From Angustibacter luteus (GTDB lineage Bacteria > Actinomycetota > Actinomycetes > Actinomycetales > Angustibacteraceae): a DNA stretch of 64,000 nucleotides. Each line of letters starts with the position of its first letter. Within the stretch, counting starts at the first letter, position 1. The notes beneath the pieces were generated by a model. It was not told the origin of the DNA. It was given only the letters and a program-made list of their open reading frames with translations, and ran no database searches. This document shows, one piece after another, positions 49,421 through 58,437 of this stretch. Both the position numbers and the translations under genes were made by a program. Where the stretch lies: positions 124,001-188,000 of the forward strand of contig NZ_BAABFP010000007.1 of the NCBI RefSeq assembly GCF_039541115.1, in the 5' to 3' direction.

Positions 49421-50200
49421 ATGACAACGAGTCAGCAGAGTCAGCCCGGCGAGGAGCCGGAACACCGCACCGGACCGGTGCGGCTGCGCGGGGACCTGGT
49501 CCCCGACAGCACCACCGACCAGCGGCTGCTGGACAGCCGCGGCCCGGCGGACTGGGTGCACACCGACCCGTGGCGGGTGCTGCGGATCCAGAGCGAGTTC
49601 GTCGAGGGGTTCGGGTCGCTGGCCGAGCTCGGCCGGGCGATCAGCGTCTTCGGCTCGGCCCGGGAGCAGCCCGGTTCGCCGACGTACGAGCTGGGCACCG
49701 AGGTCGGACGCCGGCTGGCCCAGGCCGGCTACGCGGTCATCACCGGCGGTGGCCCGGGGATCATGGAGGCGGTCAACAAGGGGGCCTGCGAGGGCGGCGG
49801 GGTCAGCGTGGGGCTGGGCATCGAGCTGCCGCACGAGCAGGGTCTGAACGACCACGTCGAGCTGGGCATCAACTTCCGCTACTTCTTCGCCCGCAAGACG
49901 ATGTTCGTGAAGTACGCCGAGGGCTTCGTGGTGCTGCCGGGCGGGTTCGGCACGCTGGACGAGCTGTTCGAGGCGCTCACCCTGGTGCAGACCCGCAAGG
50001 TGACCCGGTTCCCGATCGTGCTGCTCGGCACCGAGTACTGGGGCGGGCTGCTCAGCTGGCTGCGCACCGCGGCCGAGGCGCACGGCACGATCAACGAGGC
50101 CGACCTGGCGCTGCTCACCCTCACGGACGACGTCGAGGAGGCCGTTCAGGTCATCCTGGACGCAGCCGCGAAGCCTGGACAGGCCGCCGCCGACGGGTGA
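49421..50200 (+). CDS. LOG family (TIGR00730-type) nucleotide phosphoribohydrolase
   Basis: SVFGSAR, ITGGGPGIME, FRYFFARKTMF and PGGFGTLDELFE motifs. Confidence 0.92.
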   Translation: MTTSQQSQPGEEPEHRTGPVRLRGDLVPDSTTDQRLLDSRGPADWVHTDPWRVLRIQSEFVEGFGSLAELGRAISVFGSAREQPGSPTYELGTEVGRRLAQAGYAVITGGGPGIMEAVNKGACEGGGVSVGLGIELPHEQGLNDHVELGINFRYFFARKTMFVKYAEGFVVLPGGFGTLDELFEALTLVQTRKVTRFPIVLLGTEYWGGLLSWLRTAAEAHGTINEADLALLTLTDDVEEAVQVILDAAAKPGQAAADG

Positions 50201-50210
50201 CCATGAGGGC

Positions 50211-50450
50211 ATGACCGTCTCGCCGCTGCCGTCGAAGGGAAGCGTGCTGGTCGGGCGAGATGTCGCTGGGCGCACCCTGCGGGTCAGCTCGCACCCGCTG
50301 CAGGGGCGGGTGGTGCTGTCGATCTGGCAGGACTCGACCTGCGTGGCCACCGTCCGGCTGGACGAGCGGGACGTCCCGGACCTCGTGCGGACGCTCACCC
50401 AGAGCCTGCTGCCCGATGAGCGCGCAGCAGGTGCCGCCGAAGCCGGATGA
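50211..50450 (+). CDS. Small conserved hypothetical protein
   Basis: RTLRVSSH...VVLSIWQDSTCVATVRL...DLVRTL pattern; ATGA overlap with the next gene. Confidence 0.7.
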   Translation: MTVSPLPSKGSVLVGRDVAGRTLRVSSHPLQGRVVLSIWQDSTCVATVRLDERDVPDLVRTLTQSLLPDERAAGAAEAG

Positions 50451-51205
50451 CCCGGCCGGACCCGGTCGAGACGGCCCGCGCCCTGGTGCTGCAGCGGTTC
50501 CCCGGTGCTCGCGCGGCCTGGCTCGGCGGCAGCATCGCCCGCGGGGACGCCACCGCGACGTCCGACCTCGACGTCACGGTGCTGCTCGCCGGTCCGCCGG
50601 CGCCCTTCCGGGAGTCGTTGGTGTCGCAGGGCTGGCCGGTCGAGCTGTTCGTGCACGACGAGGGTTCGCTGCGCCACTACTGCGAGAAGGACCAGGCCCG
50701 TCGCCAACCCACGATCCAGCGCCTGGTCGGTGAGTCGGTGGTGCTGCTGGACACGGACGGTGCGGGTGCCTTGCTGGCCGGCCGGCTGCTCGCGGAGGCG
50801 GCGGCGGGCCCCCGGCCGCTGACGGAGCCGGAGCTGGCCTCGGCGCGCTACACGATCAGCGACCAGCTGGACGACCTGGTCGGCGCGCTGGACGACGACG
50901 AGCGGCTGGCCGTCGCGGTCGCCCTGCACCGGTCCGTCGGTGACCTCGCACTGACCGGGCGGCGCCGGTGGACCGGCACGGGCAAGGGCCAGCTCCGCGA
51001 GCTGCGCCGCCTGGACGCCGACGAGGGCACGACGCTCGCCGGCGACCTCCCGGCGGCGGTGCGGGCGGCTGCGGTCGGCGAGGTCGCCCCGCTGGTGCGG
51101 CTGGCCGACGCGGTGCTGGAACCGCACGGGGGCCGGCTGTTCGACGGGCACCGGGTCGGTGGGGAGCCGGCGCCGGAGCGGTTGTCCACAGGCGATCAGC
51201 GCTGA
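50447..51205 (+). CDS. Nucleotidyltransferase (Pol-beta superfamily) domain protein
   Basis: GGSIARG...SDLD...VELF motif followed by a helical C-terminal domain. Confidence 0.85.
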   Translation: MTRPDPVETARALVLQRFPGARAAWLGGSIARGDATATSDLDVTVLLAGPPAPFRESLVSQGWPVELFVHDEGSLRHYCEKDQARRQPTIQRLVGESVVLLDTDGAGALLAGRLLAEAAAGPRPLTEPELASARYTISDQLDDLVGALDDDERLAVAVALHRSVGDLALTGRRRWTGTGKGQLRELRRLDADEGTTLAGDLPAAVRAAAVGEVAPLVRLADAVLEPHGGRLFDGHRVGGEPAPERLSTGDQR

Positions 51206-51215
51206 ACCGCCCTGC

Positions 51216-51237
51216 TGTCGGGCGTCCGTGGCACCAT
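51216..51237 (+). promoter_or_regulatory. PafBC-type (RecA-NDp) promoter candidate for the DivIVA-SRPBCC-tag operon
   Basis: TGTCGG-N10-CACCAT, then 7 nt to GTG 51245. Confidence 0.55.
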
Positions 51238-51244
51238 GCTCCCC

Positions 51245-51520
51245 GTGACCTTGCTACAGATCCTCGTGGTGCTGGCCGTCATCGGCGCGGTCGGTGCGGT
51301 CGCGGCCGGTGCGGTCCGCGGCGGCCTGTCCGAGCCGGAGTCGAGCATCCCCGACACGGGCCTGCCCGACGGCGCGCTGCGCCCCGGTGACGTGGCCGGC
51401 CTGCGCTTCTCGCTGGCCTTCCGGGGCTACCGGATGGACCAGGTGGACGACGCCCTGGACCGGCTCTCCGCCGAGCTCACGGAGCGAGACGCCGAGATCG
51501 CCCGCCTGCGCGACCAGTGA
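51245..51520 (+). CDS. DivIVA domain-containing membrane protein
   Basis: N-terminal TM helix; LRFSLAFRGYRMDQVDDALDRL plus coiled coil. Start at 51245 or 51236. Confidence 0.88.
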   Translation: MTLLQILVVLAVIGAVGAVAAGAVRGGLSEPESSIPDTGLPDGALRPGDVAGLRFSLAFRGYRMDQVDDALDRLSAELTERDAEIARLRDQ

Positions 51521-52026
51521 CCGCCACCGGTCGCGGGACCGCCTCCTTCACCGTGCGTCGCGAGGTCGCCGCTCCGGCGGCGGCTGTCTGGGCCCTGGTC
51601 ACCGACTGGCCCTCGCACGGGCGCTGGGTCGCCGGCACGAGGGTCCGGACGACGTCCGCTCGCCCGGACGGCGTGGGGGCCGCGTTCGTGGCCCGGACGG
51701 GCCTGGGGCCGGTGGGCTTCGACGACCCGATGACGGTGACCCGCTGGGAGCCGCCGACTGCGGACGCCGCCGGCCGCTGCGACGTCCGCAAGACGGGCCG
51801 GGTCGTGCTGGGCGAGGCGAGCTTCGTCGTCACGCCGCTGGGGGAGCGACGGTGCCGGCTGGACTGGACCGAGGACGTCGAGGTCGCCGGGATCCGGCGG
51901 CTGCCGCTGTCGGCCTGGGCCAGCCGGCAGGTGGGCGCGGCGATCTTCGCCGTGGTCGCGCGCCGGTTGGCCGCCGAGGTCGAGGCCGGGCAGCCGGGTC
52001 CAGCGTCCCCGGGACGCCAGCGATGA
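51517..52026 (+). CDS. SRPBCC/START family protein
   Basis: VAAPAAAVWALVTDW...GFDDPMTVTRWEPP; GTGA overlap. Confidence 0.82.
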   Translation: MTATGRGTASFTVRREVAAPAAAVWALVTDWPSHGRWVAGTRVRTTSARPDGVGAAFVARTGLGPVGFDDPMTVTRWEPPTADAAGRCDVRKTGRVVLGEASFVVTPLGERRCRLDWTEDVEVAGIRRLPLSAWASRQVGAAIFAVVARRLAAEVEAGQPGPASPGRQR

Positions 52027-52613
52027 CGGCCCTCGTGGTGGGGGAGGACGGCCTGGCCCGCTGCGCCTGGGCCGGCAGCACCCCGGACTACCTGGCGTAC
52101 CACGACGACGAGTGGGGCCGGCCGGTGCACGGCGAGCGGGCGCTGTTCGAGCGGATCACGTTGGAGGCCTTCCAGTCCGGGCTGGCCTGGATCACCATCC
52201 TGCGCAAGCGTGAGGGCTTCCGGGCCGCGTTCGCCGGCTTCGACCCCGAGGTGGTCGCCGGCTTCGGCGAGGACGACGTCGCCCGGTTGATGGCGGACGC
52301 ATCGATCGTGCGGAACCAGGCGAAGATCCGGGCAGCGCTGACCAACGCCCGCGCGGTGCTCGCGGTGCGCGACGAAGGCGGTCTGGACGAGCTGTTCTGG
52401 TCGTTCGCGCCGCCGCCGCGACCGCACCGGCTGGCGGCGGACGCGCACTTCCCGGCGGTCACCGACGAGTCCAAGGCGCTGGCGAAGACGTTGAAGCGCA
52501 AGGGTTTCGCGTTCGTCGGCCCGACCACGGCCTACGCCGCGATGCAGGCCTGCGGCCTCGTCGACGACCACATCGACGGCTGCCACGTGCCGGCCGGTGG
52601 GGCGTCCGGGTGA
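52023..52613 (+). CDS. tag: DNA-3-methyladenine glycosylase I
   Basis: RCAW, YHDDEWG, LEAFQSGLAW, IVRNQAKI and GFAFVGPTT...DDHIDGC motifs. Confidence 0.95.
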   Translation: MTALVVGEDGLARCAWAGSTPDYLAYHDDEWGRPVHGERALFERITLEAFQSGLAWITILRKREGFRAAFAGFDPEVVAGFGEDDVARLMADASIVRNQAKIRAALTNARAVLAVRDEGGLDELFWSFAPPPRPHRLAADAHFPAVTDESKALAKTLKRKGFAFVGPTTAYAAMQACGLVDDHIDGCHVPAGGASG

Positions 52614-53809
52614 GCGTGACGACGACCGCACCGCCCGCTCCCGGGCTGGTCGCGCGACTGCGTGGTGTGCCGGACGTCGTGAAGCTGCTGCTGTTCTACG
52701 CCCTCACCCGGGTGTGGGCGGCCGTCTTCATCGACCGCGCCGCCGGCCACCAGCTGCCGAGCATCTGGACGGACGACAGGTCGAGCTACTTCGACATGGC
52801 CCAGCTGTGGGACGGGCAGTGGTACAAGATCATCGCCGAGCAGGGCTACCCGCCGAGCCTGCCGCTGGACCAGGCCGGCAACGTCCAGCAGAACCCGTGG
52901 GCGTTCTTCCCGGGGTTCCCGTTCACGGTGAAGCCGGTGATGGCCCTGACCGGCCTGCCGTTCTCGGTGGCGGCTGTCCTGGTGAACGTCGTGCTCGGCG
53001 CGTGCGCCGTGTACGTCGTGATGAAGGTGCTGCAGCGGGTCGCCGGGCGCCGGGTCGGGCTCTGGGGGGCGGCGCTGCTGTGCGCCGTGCCGAGTGCTCC
53101 CGCGCTGCAGATCGCGTACAGCGAGAGCCTGGCCCTGCTGCTGCTCGCGCTGGCCTGCTGGTGGCTCCTGCAACGCAGCTACGGCTTGTGCGCGCTGGCA
53201 GTGGTGGCCCTGGCGCTGACCCGGCCGATCGTGGCGCCGTTCGCGCTGGTCGTGCTCACCCACCTGGTGGTCCGCTGGCGGCACCGGCGCACCGACCCGT
53301 TCCCGACGTCCGAGCGGGCCCAGGTGGTCGGGCTGGGACTGCTCGCGGCCGGTGCCAGCCTGATCTGGCCGGTGCTGGTCGGCCTGGCGGTCGGGTCGTC
53401 CGATGCGTACGAGCGCACCCAGGGTGCCTGGCGCAGCGGCGGGGTCATCCAGCCGTTCCACCAGTCCATGGGCATCGTGCGGCTGCTGTGGGGAGACCGC
53501 GGGCCGTGGTACCTGGCGATCGGCGCGGTGGCCTACCTGGCGGTCCTGCTCTCGCCCTGGGGACGGCGGGTCGGCGCCGAGCTGGTCACCTGGTGCGTGG
53601 CCTACCCGTTCTACCTGCTGGCGGTCACGGAGCCGTGGACGAGCACGTTCCGCTACCTGCTGATGCTGTTCCCGCTGTGCGCCGTCCTGGCCGGGGCGCT
53701 GCGCTCGCGCTGGCTGGTGGCCGCCACCGCGGCGGTGGGCCTGCTGTGGCAGGTGCACTGGATCGACGACCTGCTGCTCTTCATGCCGCCGACGGACTAC
53801 CCGCCGTGA
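52610..53809 (+). CDS. GT-C membrane mannosyltransferase-like protein (PIG-V-like)
   Basis: WDGQWY..IA..GYP, AFFPGFP and YSESL motifs; multiple TM helices. Confidence 0.78.
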   Translation: MSVTTTAPPAPGLVARLRGVPDVVKLLLFYALTRVWAAVFIDRAAGHQLPSIWTDDRSSYFDMAQLWDGQWYKIIAEQGYPPSLPLDQAGNVQQNPWAFFPGFPFTVKPVMALTGLPFSVAAVLVNVVLGACAVYVVMKVLQRVAGRRVGLWGAALLCAVPSAPALQIAYSESLALLLLALACWWLLQRSYGLCALAVVALALTRPIVAPFALVVLTHLVVRWRHRRTDPFPTSERAQVVGLGLLAAGASLIWPVLVGLAVGSSDAYERTQGAWRSGGVIQPFHQSMGIVRLLWGDRGPWYLAIGAVAYLAVLLSPWGRRVGAELVTWCVAYPFYLLAVTEPWTSTFRYLLMLFPLCAVLAGALRSRWLVAATAAVGLLWQVHWIDDLLLFMPPTDYPP

Positions 53810-53821
53810 CCGGCGGCCAGG

Positions 53822-54670
53822 TCAGTGCCCGTGGAACGTCGGCGCCTGCTTGGCCACGAACGCCTCGACGGCCCCGTGGTGGTCCGCGCTGGCGCCGGTG
53901 AGGTCCATCAGGTCGGCCTCGTTCGCCAGCGAGTCGGCGAGGTCGTGGGACTGCGAGTACGCGATGGCCCGCCGGATGGACCCGTACGCCAGGGTCGGCC
54001 CGGCGGCCAGCTGGCGGGCCAGGTCCATGGTGGCCGCCTCGAGCTCGTCGTCGGGCAGCACGCGGGTGGCCAGGCCCAGCTCCAGGGCCTCCTGGGCCCG
54101 GACGGTGCGCGGGAACAGCAGCAGGTCCTTGGCCTTGGCCACGCCGACCAGCCGGGGCAGCCACCAGGACGCCCCGGAGTCGCAGGACAGCGCGATGGCG
54201 CTGAACGCGAGGTTGAAGCCGGCGCTCTCGGCCACCAGCCGCACGTCGGCGGCGAACGCGAAGGACGCGCCGGCCCCGGCCGCGACCCCGTTCACCGACG
54301 CCACGACCGGCTTGGCCATGGTCGCGATCAGGGTGGCGATCGGGTTGTAGTGCTCGCGCACGGTGCTGCCCAGGGCGAACGCCGCCTCGTCGCTGCCCCC
54401 GTCAGCGGCCCCCTCGGCAGCCCCCGCGGCCGCGGCCCGCAGGTCGGCCACGTGCTCGCGCAGGTCCTGCCCGGCGCTGAACGCCCGGCCGCTGCCGGTC
54501 AGCACCACGCAGCGCACCCCGTCGTCGTCCGCCGCGGTCTGCAAGGCGCACAGGAGGGCGACCTTGGTGGCGCGGTCCAGGGAGTTCATGGCCTCCGGGC
54601 GCTGCAGCCGGATCACGGCGACGGCGTCCTGCACCTGGTAGTCGACGGGTGCGTCCAGGGTCTGGCTCAC
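53822..54670 (-). CDS. Enoyl-CoA hydratase/isomerase family protein
   Basis: GRAFSAGQDL, VNGVAAGAGASFAFAAD and DSGASWWLPRLVG motifs. Confidence 0.92.
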   Translation of the reverse strand: MSQTLDAPVDYQVQDAVAVIRLQRPEAMNSLDRATKVALLCALQTAADDDGVRCVVLTGSGRAFSAGQDLREHVADLRAAAAGAAEGAADGGSDEAAFALGSTVREHYNPIATLIATMAKPVVASVNGVAAGAGASFAFAADVRLVAESAGFNLAFSAIALSCDSGASWWLPRLVGVAKAKDLLLFPRTVRAQEALELGLATRVLPDDELEAATMDLARQLAAGPTLAYGSIRRAIAYSQSHDLADSLANEADLMDLTGASADHHGAVEAFVAKQAPTFHGH

Positions 54671-54875
54671 GGTTCCTCCGGGCTCGATGACGGTGTGCTG
54701 CAGGCCAGTCTGCCCTCCCTCGGCGCGCGCCGGTGCACTGCCTCGAATGGGCGAACCACCGGGGTTGATTTCCCGCGGAAGCGAACTCGCGGGATACTAG
54801 GGACGACTACCCGCCGTGACGGCTGCCCGAACGAGGGCCAGCCCGGCGTCCGCGAACAGCGAAAGGGGTCGGCGA

Positions 54876-55043
54876 ATGGCCGCCATGAAGCCCAGGACCG
54901 GGGACGGTCCGCTCGAGGTGACCAAGGAAGGGCGGGACATCGTCATGCGCATGCCACTCGATGGTGGTGGGCGCTTGGTGGTCGAGATGACCCCGGACGA
55001 GGCGAATGCCCTCGGCGACGCGCTCAAGGGCGCCGCAGGCTGA
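54876..55043 (+). CDS. DUF3117 domain-containing protein
   Basis: MAAMKPRTGDGPLEVTKEGR...GGGRLVVE signature. Confidence 0.92.
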   Translation: MAAMKPRTGDGPLEVTKEGRDIVMRMPLDGGGRLVVEMTPDEANALGDALKGAAG

Positions 55044-55060
55044 CCACAGCTCCTGAACGT

Positions 55061-55101
55061 CATCGGGCCTTCCCCCACCCGGGGGAGGGCCCGATGCCTT
55101 T
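55061..55101 (+). terminator. Intrinsic terminator after the DUF3117 gene
   Basis: 16-bp stem catcgggccttccccc / gggggagggcccgatg (one G-U pair) followed by ccttt. Confidence 0.75.
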
Positions 55102-55154
55102 GCTGAGCAGGGCTATGGTTTCAGGCGTCCCCGTCGACCGCCCCGAGGAGTCCC

Positions 55155-56654
55155 GTGCGCGCACCCCGCATCCGCCCGATGTCGGGGCGCCTGGCCGAGG
55201 TGGTCGCCGCCGGCGGACCGGTGGACGTGCTGGCCCTGCCGGTGACCTCCGGGGACGGTGCGCAGCCGGGCGCCGGCACCCGTCAGGCTGCGGCGGCCCT
55301 GGGCATCGACCTGGTCGCCACGATCGCCCGGGAGCGGGTCCGGGGCAGCGCCGGTGAGGTCACCCGGGTGCCGTGGGCGCCGCCGGACGGCGAGCAGCCG
55401 GTGCAGCGGGTCGTGCTGGTCGGCGTCGACGACGGCCGGCCGGCCGCGGTCGCGCTGGCCGCCGCGGCGCTCGCCCGTGCGCACCGTGGGCAGGACCGGC
55501 TGGTCACCACGCTGGGCAGCGGCGGTGCGGCCGCCACCCGAGCGATGGTCGAGGGGTTCGTGCTCGGTTCCTACAGCCCGCCGCGTACCGGGATCGGGGA
55601 GGGCCCCCGCTCGCCGCTGCGCCGGGTGGACGTCGTGGGCCGGGTGAACGCTGCCGACGTGGACCGCGGCCTGGCGGTCGCCGAGGCCACCGTGCTGGCC
55701 CGCGACCTGGCGAACACCCCGGCATCGTTGAAGAGCCCCGCGTGGATGGCGGGTCGCGCCCGCCGCGCGGCCGCCGAGGTGGGGCTGACGTGCCACGTCC
55801 GCGACCACAAGCAGCTGCTCGCGGAGGGCTTCGGCGGCCTGCTCGCCGTCGGCGGCGGCGCGCACCGCCCGCCCCGCCTGGTCGAGCTCGCCTACACCCC
55901 GCCGGACGCCGACCGGGACACCCCGCACGTCGTGCTGGTCGGCAAGGGCATCACGTTCGACACCGGCGGCATCTCGCTCAAGCCGCGCGAGTCGATGATC
56001 ACGATGAAGACGGACATGACGGGTGCCGGGGTGGTGCTGGCGGTGCTGCGGGCCTGCGGCCGGCTCGGCGTGCGGGTGCGGGTCACCGGCCTGCTCGCAC
56101 TGGCCGAGAACACGCTCGGCGGGTCGGCGTACCGGCCCGGTGACGTCGTCCGGCAGTACGGCGGTCGCACGGTGGAGGTGCGCAACACCGACGCCGAGGG
56201 CCGGCTCGTGCTCGCCGACGCGCTCGCCTACGCCGACGCGACCCTGGCACCCGACGTCCTCGTCGACATCGCGACCCTCACGGGCGCCGCCACGATGGGC
56301 CTGGGCCGCGGCCACGCCGCGCTCTACACGGCGGACGACGCCCTGGCCGGCGGGCTGACCCAGGCCGGCGAGGCCGGGGCCGAGCGGCTCTGGCGGATGC
56401 CGCTGGCCGAGGACTACCGCGCCGCCATCGACTCGGACGTCGCGGACGTCTGCCAGATCGCGAGCGTCCCGGGGGTCGGCGCGGGCTCGATCGTGGCGGC
56501 GCTGTTCCTGCGCGAGTTCGTCGGCGACCGGCGGTGGGCGCACCTGGACATCGCCGGGCCGGGGCGCGGCGAGCGGGACTCGGGCGTCACGAACCGCGGC
56601 GGCACCGGTTTCGGTGCCCGACTGCTGCTGCGCTGGCTCGAGGGCCAGCGCTAG
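55155..56654 (+). CDS. Leucyl aminopeptidase (M17 family)
   Basis: VGKGITFDTGGISLKP, MKTDMTG, NTDAEGRLVLAD, DIATLTG and WAHLDIAG motifs. Confidence 0.93.
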   Translation: MRAPRIRPMSGRLAEVVAAGGPVDVLALPVTSGDGAQPGAGTRQAAAALGIDLVATIARERVRGSAGEVTRVPWAPPDGEQPVQRVVLVGVDDGRPAAVALAAAALARAHRGQDRLVTTLGSGGAAATRAMVEGFVLGSYSPPRTGIGEGPRSPLRRVDVVGRVNAADVDRGLAVAEATVLARDLANTPASLKSPAWMAGRARRAAAEVGLTCHVRDHKQLLAEGFGGLLAVGGGAHRPPRLVELAYTPPDADRDTPHVVLVGKGITFDTGGISLKPRESMITMKTDMTGAGVVLAVLRACGRLGVRVRVTGLLALAENTLGGSAYRPGDVVRQYGGRTVEVRNTDAEGRLVLADALAYADATLAPDVLVDIATLTGAATMGLGRGHAALYTADDALAGGLTQAGEAGAERLWRMPLAEDYRAAIDSDVADVCQIASVPGVGAGSIVAALFLREFVGDRRWAHLDIAGPGRGERDSGVTNRGGTGFGARLLLRWLEGQR

Positions 56655-56676
56655 CCACTCAGGAGAGGTGGAGCAC

Positions 56677-57018
56677 GTGTACGGACTGTCGGTGCGCTGG
56701 TCGCTGGGTCAGGCCCCGGACGGCGCGGGCGCGGCCCTGCGGGAGTACGTGACCGGGACGTCGCTGGCCCGGTTCAGCGCGATGGACGGCCTGCGCTTCA
56801 AGACGTGGCGGATGCGGGACGGCGAGTGGTTCGAGGGCACCTACGTCTGGGCCACGGCGGCCGAGCGGGACGCGTTCGCGGAGCAGTTCGGCGCCACCGG
56901 CGCGGACAACCCCGGCTCGCAGCTGATCGGCAGCGCGCCGTCCCTCATCGAGACGTTCGAGGTCGTCGCGGTCGCCGAGGGTCGGGCCGGCTTCGAGCCC
57001 GGCCCCGGGCCTGGCTAG
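56677..57018 (+). CDS. YdhR-like dimeric alpha-beta barrel protein
   Basis: GLRFKTW...FEGTYVWAT pattern; AGGAGAGG RBS region upstream. Confidence 0.6.
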   Translation: MYGLSVRWSLGQAPDGAGAALREYVTGTSLARFSAMDGLRFKTWRMRDGEWFEGTYVWATAAERDAFAEQFGATGADNPGSQLIGSAPSLIETFEVVAVAEGRAGFEPGPGPG

Positions 57019-57019
57019 A

Positions 57020-57655
57020 TCAGCCCCGCAGGACGGCCGTGAGCAGCCCGTCGCCGGTGGGCAGCAGGGCCGACACGAGCCGCTCGTCGTCGCGCACCCG
57101 CTTGCCGAGCTCGCGGATCGCGGTGGTCGTCTCGTCGCGCTGCGCCGGGTCGGCGACCTTGTCGTGCCACAGGGCGTTGTCGAAGGCCACCACGCCGCCG
57201 GGGCGCAGCAGCCGCAGCGCCTGGTCGAGGTAGTCCTCGTACTCCGGCTTGGCCGCGTCGCACAGCACCAGGTCGTACACGCCGTCGGTGAGCCGGGGCA
57301 GGACGTCCAGGGCGCGGCCCGAGATCAGCCGCGTCCGGTTGCCGGCGATCCCGGCCTCGGTGAACGCCTCCTTGGCGGCGCGCTGGTGCTCGGGCTCGAT
57401 GTCGATGGTGGTCAGCACGCCGTCGGACGGCATGCCGCGCAGCAGCCACAGCCCGGACACCCCCGCGCCGGTACCGATCTCGACGACGGACCGGGCGGAC
57501 AGGGCCGCGGCCAGCACCCGCAGCGCGGCCCCCACCCCGGGGTGCACCGGGACGCAACCGAGCTCCTCGGCGCGCGCCCGGGCGCGCTCGAGCACGTCGT
57601 CCTCACGCACGAAGCTCTCCGTGTAGGCCCAGGTGGCGGGCTTCTGACCGCTGAT
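57020..57655 (-). CDS. O-methyltransferase (probable ATC start)
   Basis: VVEIGTGAGVSG, TTIDIE, YDLVLCDA and LRPGGVVAFDNALW motifs; GGAGG 5 nt before ATC 57655. Confidence 0.88.
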   Translation of the reverse strand: MSGQKPATWAYTESFVREDDVLERARARAEELGCVPVHPGVGAALRVLAAALSARSVVEIGTGAGVSGLWLLRGMPSDGVLTTIDIEPEHQRAAKEAFTEAGIAGNRTRLISGRALDVLPRLTDGVYDLVLCDAAKPEYEDYLDQALRLLRPGGVVAFDNALWHDKVADPAQRDETTTAIRELGKRVRDDERLVSALLPTGDGLLTAVLRG

Positions 57656-57704
57656 GACGACCTCCAGGGAGCGGGACGGACGGGTGCGGGTCAGCCTAGT
57701 GCGG

Positions 57705-57730
57705 GGAACCAACGGCGTCTGCCGAGCGTC
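57705..57730 (+). promoter_or_regulatory. ECF (SigE/SigH-type) promoter upstream of sigE
   Basis: GGAAC-N17-CGTC. Confidence 0.6.
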
Positions 57731-57840
57731 CTACCACTCGAGCGAACGTCGTGGTCGGCACGACCGCGGTTTGGGCGAAAGGGGCTGGACGAGAGATCAT
57801 GGTGGGGACGATGCACGCCGTCCGGCCTGGAGGAGACGCC

Positions 57841-58437
57841 TTGAGCGACCCGCAGCCATGGACGCCGCCCTCGTGGGACCAGGTGGTGCGTGAGCACTCC
57901 GCCCGCGTCTACCGCCTCGCCTACCGGCTGACCGGCAACCAGCACGACGCCGAGGACCTCACGCAGGAGGTCTTCGTCCGGGTCTTCCGCAGCCTCTCGT
58001 CCTACACCCCCGGCACGTTCGAGGGCTGGCTGCACCGGATCACCACGAACCTGTTCCTGGACGGCGTGCGCCGCAAGAAGCGGGTCCGCTTCGACGCGCT
58101 CGCCGAGGACGCGCACGACAAGCTCCCGGGCCGCGAGCCCGACCCGTCCCGCGTCTACGACGACACCCACCTGGACGACGACGTGCAGGCCGCGCTCGAC
58201 GCGCTCGCCCCGCAGTTCCGGGCCGCCGTCGTGCTCTGCGACATCGAGGGCCTGTCCTACGAGGAGGTCGCGGTCACCCTGGGCGTCAAGCTCGGCACGG
58301 TGCGCTCGCGGATCCACCGGGGCCGCTCCCAGCTGCGCGAGGCCCTGGCGCACCGCCGCCGTCCGGACGGCGCGATCGAAGGCATCGACGTGCGCAGCGT
58401 CGCACCGGCGCGGACCGCCGGTGGGGGGCTGTCATGA
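57841..58437 (+). CDS. sigE: ECF RNA polymerase sigma factor SigE
   Basis: [50 protein letters not shown] and [11 protein letters not shown] motifs; GGAGG RBS before TTG 57841. Confidence 0.93.
   Translation: MSDPQPWTPPSWDQVVREHSARVYRLAYRLTGNQHDAEDLTQEVFVRVFRSLSSYTPGTFEGWLHRITTNLFLDGVRRKKRVRFDALAEDAHDKLPGREPDPSRVYDDTHLDDDVQAALDALAPQFRAAVVLCDIEGLSYEEVAVTLGVKLGTVRSRIHRGRSQLREALAHRRRPDGAIEGIDVRSVAPARTAGGGLS

Noticed and set aside
54671..54875. Possible riboswitch or ncRNA upstream of the DUF3117 gene (imperfect palindrome tcccgcgg...cgcggga)
   Set aside because: I cannot match it to any RNA family by eye, and it is compatible with a plain promoter or operator. An Rfam/Infernal search would be needed.
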